From Microcoleus sp. (GTDB lineage: Bacteria > Cyanobacteriota > Cyanobacteriia > Cyanobacteriales > Microcoleaceae), in the NCBI GenBank assembly GCA_042408215.1, contig JAYFMW010000017.1, positions 160,001 to 224,000 on the forward strand: 64,000 nucleotides of DNA, in the 5' to 3' direction. Shown here in pieces: positions 60,209-64,000 of the stretch (positions are counted from its first letter, which is position 1; each line of letters begins with the position of its first letter). The notes beneath the pieces are model-generated. The model searched no databases. It had not been told where the DNA came from and saw only the letters and a program-made list of their open reading frames with translations. The position numbers and the translations under genes are program-made.

Positions 60209-60649
60209 CGTGAGATTTCTTGTCCTTGATGCAAGTTGCAGAGATTTTAACTGGGAAATTTTTGATGTTCCAGAACCGAGCAAAGCTCTACTCTCAAAGA
60301 GTTTGAGCTTTTGAGACTGGATGTGTAGAGTAGGTTGGCTTGACGAAGATGGTCGATCGCCATGTATCCGAGTGTATCCGATGATCTTTTCACAACTCTT
60401 GTTTCAAATTAAAATATTACTGCAAAAAGAGAATGACTAAGAGCGGATTTTGTGCTAGTCTAGCGCCCAAGGAAGCGTTCGATCGCCTTAACCATAAGCC
60501 ATCGTACCTCGATCCGGAACCAAAGGCAGCCTGTGGTATAATGCCTTAGCCCTGCTAAATACCGGATTTTGCGAGGCTAAATCGAAGGAGTAGTCAGCTA
60601 ATAAAGTAGCTCAAGTCGATCGCATCTTTGTACTCACAAACCGAGAATT

Positions 60650-60892
60650 ATGTACAATCCCTCTCTGCGCCAAATACCTCGCCACTTACCTGCGGACGTA
60701 ATTCCATTAAAGCAGCAATCTTCTCTTTTAGACTGGTTGGAATCTAACAATCGCCTATTAGCAAGAGATGTTCAAGAACCAGACTATCTGCACGAAGAAG
60801 AAATCTCCGAACTGATGGCCGTTGACGACAATCCTTACGATGACCTTGAAGATGAAGACTCTGGAGATGATGTCGCAGCAGGCGACGAATAG
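60650..60892 (+). CDS. DUF3134 family protein
   Basis: MYNPSLR..PR..PA.VIP..SLLDWLE; acidic tail; position upstream of mraY. Confidence 0.78.
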   Translation: MYNPSLRQIPRHLPADVIPLKQQSSLLDWLESNNRLLARDVQEPDYLHEEEISELMAVDDNPYDDLEDEDSGDDVAAGDE

Positions 60893-61028
60893 CTAATAGA
60901 AGGGTGCAGGGATTAACCAGAACAACAGCAGAAAAAAAACTAACAACTTTCTCAAAAGTCTGTGCCGCGCCCTGATACCCTAATTGTCAATTGCTGATTT
61001 TCCAATGGTGTGTGTGGTGAGGAGTTTT

Positions 61029-62144
61029 ATGGATAACTTTTTGGATGAGAAAGTTTCTTTGAGTAGGCCCTTTAAACTTACAGGCAGGAATTTATTCCTA
61101 CTGCTGGGTTTGGGGCTGGGGATTGCAGCTATCGGTTTAGATTTGGCATCTGGTAGATTTTGGAATTCACCTGCATCGCTATTGATGCCGCTAGTTGTTT
61201 GTGCTGTAGTTGCATCCGGTTTGGGCTATGTAGTGGTGCCTTTACTTCAAAAACTCAAAGCAGGACAAATAATTCGCGAAGACGGCCCCCAAGCCCACTT
61301 TAAAAAAGCGGGAACACCGACAATGGGAGGCATATTTTTTGTACCGGCCGGGGTTGTAGTAGCTATACTTTGGTCTAGGTTTAACTCGGATGTTGTGGCA
61401 GTTTCAGCTTTAACTTTAGCTTACGGTTTTATCGGCTGGCTGGATGACTGGCAAATTCTGCGCCGCAAGTCGAACAAAGGTATTTCTCCTCGGATGAAAT
61501 TGGCTTTGCAAATAGGTTTTGGATCTCTATTTTGTCTGTGGCTAATGTTTCATCAACCAACGGTTTCTACGAATATTGCTTTGCCTTTTGGCATTGTATT
61601 GCCTTTAGGTTTGCTGTTTTGGCCACTGGCTGGTTTTGTGCTGGTTGCCGAAAGCAATGCTACTAATCTTACCGATGGTGTTGACGGGTTGATGGGAGGT
61701 TTAGGGGCGATCGCACTTTTGGGATTAGGTGCATCTGTAGCTTCAACTTCACCAGAATTAATGATATTTTGCGTCTGCATGAGCGGCAGTTGTTTGGGTT
61801 TCTTGACTCACAACCGCAATCCAGCCCGCGTGTTTATGGGAGATACAGGTGCCTTAGCCTTGGGAGGTGCCTTGGGTGCGGTAGCTTTATTAACTAATAG
61901 CCTTTGGGTATTATTAATCATCAGCGGGATTTTCTTGGTAGAAACGCTGTCAGTAATTGCTCAAGTAGGTTATTACAAAGCTACAAAAGGCCCGGATGGC
62001 ATCGGGAAGCGCCTGTTAAAAATGGCTCCGTTGCATCATCATTTAGAACTGTCTGGCTGGTTAGAAACTCAGGTTGTGGGCACCTTTTATTTGACTAATG
62101 GGTTTTTGGTTTTAATGATTCTTGTGTTGACGGGAAACAGTTGA
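61029..62144 (+). CDS. mraY: Phospho-N-acetylmuramoyl-pentapeptide transferase
   Basis: KAGTPTMGG, DD, NATNLTDGVDGL, FMGDTG and APLHHHLE motifs; GAGGAG RBS. Confidence 0.96.
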   Translation: MDNFLDEKVSLSRPFKLTGRNLFLLLGLGLGIAAIGLDLASGRFWNSPASLLMPLVVCAVVASGLGYVVVPLLQKLKAGQIIREDGPQAHFKKAGTPTMGGIFFVPAGVVVAILWSRFNSDVVAVSALTLAYGFIGWLDDWQILRRKSNKGISPRMKLALQIGFGSLFCLWLMFHQPTVSTNIALPFGIVLPLGLLFWPLAGFVLVAESNATNLTDGVDGLMGGLGAIALLGLGASVASTSPELMIFCVCMSGSCLGFLTHNRNPARVFMGDTGALALGGALGAVALLTNSLWVLLIISGIFLVETLSVIAQVGYYKATKGPDGIGKRLLKMAPLHHHLELSGWLETQVVGTFYLTNGFLVLMILVLTGNS

Positions 62145-62401
62145 AATCGGATTAGGTAATGGATTGTGCAGGGGATGTAAGAGATATTTTATACTGTCAA
62201 TAACAGGCAAGATGCCTGTTCCACAAGAATTCAAAGGTAGTTGTGGAATGGGCATCTTGCCGGTTTAATGCTCCGAAGTTATAATTTTGAGAATTGATAT
62301 CCCCAGTTAATACAATGGAAATTAATAACGCTTTTAAATTATTTGAACGAACCGCGAAGACGCGAAGAGCGCGAAGGAAGAGTTGTTTTTGAAGGATTAA
62401 A

Positions 62402-63355
62402 ATGTTTTTACCGGAAGTTTCGGTGGTAGTGCCAATTTACAACGGAGAGGCGGATTTGCCGGATTTAATCGAGTGTTTACGATCGCAAAGTTATGCACCA
62501 AACAAAGTAGAATATCTCTTAGTAGACAACAACAGTCACGATCGCACTTCAGCAATCCTCGAAACAGCAGCTAAGTTCGATCGCATAACCATTCGCCACC
62601 TCACCGAAAACCAGATTCAAAGTTCCTACGCAGCTAGAAATAAAGGAATTCACGGCTCAAAAGGTGAAATAATTGCATTTACCGATGCAGACTGCCGCCC
62701 GCAATCTGACTGGTTGGAAAATTTAGTTAAACCATTTGTTGACTTAGAAGTAGGAATTAGCGCTGGGGAAATAGTCGCATTACCTGGTAAAACTATTTTA
62801 GAAAAACACAGCGCCCGCCAAAATACTTTATCTCAAAAACATACTCTCGCTCACCCTTTTTGTGCTTACGGTCAAACCGCCAATTTAGCTGTACGCAAGC
62901 AAGTGTTAGAAACAGTAGGTTTATTTCGCCCCTACCTCACCAGCGGCGGCGACGCTGACTTATGCTGGCGGATTTTGCGGCAAACATCCTATAAATTGGA
63001 TTTTGTGGAAAGTGCGATCGTCCGACACCGCCACCGTTGTACCATAAAACAGTTACAAAGTCAATGGTATCGGTACGGCGAATCTAATAAATATTTGCAC
63101 GAACTCCACGGTGTCGATTTGATGCGAGAATTGACAACAGGAGAATATTGTTATCGGCTGGCTAGGTGGCTATTTAAGGAATTGCCGATCGCTCTGGTCA
63201 AAAGCGCGTTAGCGAAGCCCTCGAAGAGGATCGCCCAAGCCGATCTGGTAGACTTGTTGAATACGCCGATCGGTCTAGTGAATGTTCGGGCAAGGGCGAT
63301 CGGACAGCGCCAAGGCAAACTTCCCGAATCAGCTTGGGAAATCGAGCGGTTTTAA
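62402..63355 (+). CDS. Glycosyltransferase family 2
   Basis: SVVVPIYN, VDNNSHD, ARNKG, FTDAD and GDADL motifs. Confidence 0.9.
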   Translation: MFLPEVSVVVPIYNGEADLPDLIECLRSQSYAPNKVEYLLVDNNSHDRTSAILETAAKFDRITIRHLTENQIQSSYAARNKGIHGSKGEIIAFTDADCRPQSDWLENLVKPFVDLEVGISAGEIVALPGKTILEKHSARQNTLSQKHTLAHPFCAYGQTANLAVRKQVLETVGLFRPYLTSGGDADLCWRILRQTSYKLDFVESAIVRHRHRCTIKQLQSQWYRYGESNKYLHELHGVDLMRELTTGEYCYRLARWLFKELPIALVKSALAKPSKRIAQADLVDLLNTPIGLVNVRARAIGQRQGKLPESAWEIERF

Positions 63356-63470
63356 TATTTTAGAGCAATCATGGATTCGATCGAAAGTGCGATCGACCGT
63401 TCTCGCTTTGTATACAACCTTGTTTATAAATAAGTAAAAACACTGATACTTCGAGTCCGCTGGCGATCTC

Positions 63471-63576
63471 ATATCAAATCCGTTGGTATCGTCCTGTATT
63501 CATCTCTCCCTTCTCCTCCTCTGTGCCCTCTGCGCTCTCTGTGGTTAAATCATTCCGATGCAACCGTAAACGATAT
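63471..63576. repeat. Dispersed repeat (CTCTGTG..CTCTGCG..CTCTGTGGTT.AATCATTCC)
   Basis: Inverted related copy at about 50394-50450. Confidence 0.6.
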
Positions 63577-63934
63577 TATAAGTAGAGTTTATCGGTACAG
63601 ATAAATATGCTGAATCAGAAATATGAAAATTTAACGCAATACTTAATATAAAATTAATAAGTCTATGCTGAAGCACCGGAGCCAACGGCAGCAAGGAACT
63701 CCCAGGCACAAGCAGAAATTCTCTCTAATTCAGTCCGGGACCCACAAATCACAAAGAAACCGGGTTTTTATGCGTTTCTGGGTGCTGTGACGAAGTTTTA
63801 TCGTAAAAACCCGGTTTCTGACTACCCGTGCGTAAGTCCGATAATTCTGCCTTCTGGCTTTCCACTGCTGTAGTCAGCGCGATCGAGATTATTCTCAGAT
63901 TCTTAAATTTTTGTAACCTTCACAGGTAATGCCA

Positions 63935-64000
63935 ATGGCTCAAATCTTACTCCAGACAGTTTGGTTGATACCTTGCTATCCGCTCATCGGCGGAGTTCTG
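63935..64000 (+). CDS. ndhF3: 5' start of NAD(P)H-quinone oxidoreductase subunit F (NdhF3-like, CO2 uptake); runs off the window
   Basis: Manual translation MAQILLQTVWLIPCYPLIGGVL resembles NdhF3/F4 N-termini; only 22 codons are visible. Confidence 0.6.
   Translation, partial: MAQILLQTVWLIPCYPLIGGVL

Overview
Chromosomal window from a filamentous cyanobacterium. HIP1 (GCGATCGC) is very frequent and heptamer STRRs and REP-like hairpins are abundant; an Oscillatoriales/Microcoleus-like origin is my inference. The backbone is housekeeping and photosynthesis genes: psbQ, pepN, fbaB, the cpcBA-C-C-D-E-F phycocyanin operon, a P-type ATPase, recF, psb27, an ECF sigma/anti-sigma pair, moaE, pyrB, an FHA kinase, a PP2C phosphatase, recJ, mraY and the start of an ndhF3-like gene. 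The accessory layer has five parts. (i) About a dozen IS200/IS605-derived units: three TnpB elements, a protein-less HEARO/IscB-type omegaRNA element inserted exactly at the psb27 start codon, six or seven protein-less mini-elements (most with TnpB-omegaRNA-like scaffolds and promoter-like motifs), and one omegaRNA-like scaffold with no transposon ends. (ii) A kinase-GUN4 gene whose 3' end has a 69-nt, almost C-free G/T-rich segment followed by a tail with stops in all three frames, suggesting a diversified C-terminus. (iii) A disturbed cpc operon: cpcD pseudogene, a 1.1-kb higher-order heptamer satellite, and an ATPase+TOPRIM pair between cpcE and cpcF. (iv) A Menshen-like three-gene defence operon and two tandem ParDE modules. 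(v) In-frame heptamer insertions in recF and recJ. I saw no rRNA, tRNA, CRISPR array or reverse transcriptase. Family assignments come from motif recognition, not database searches.
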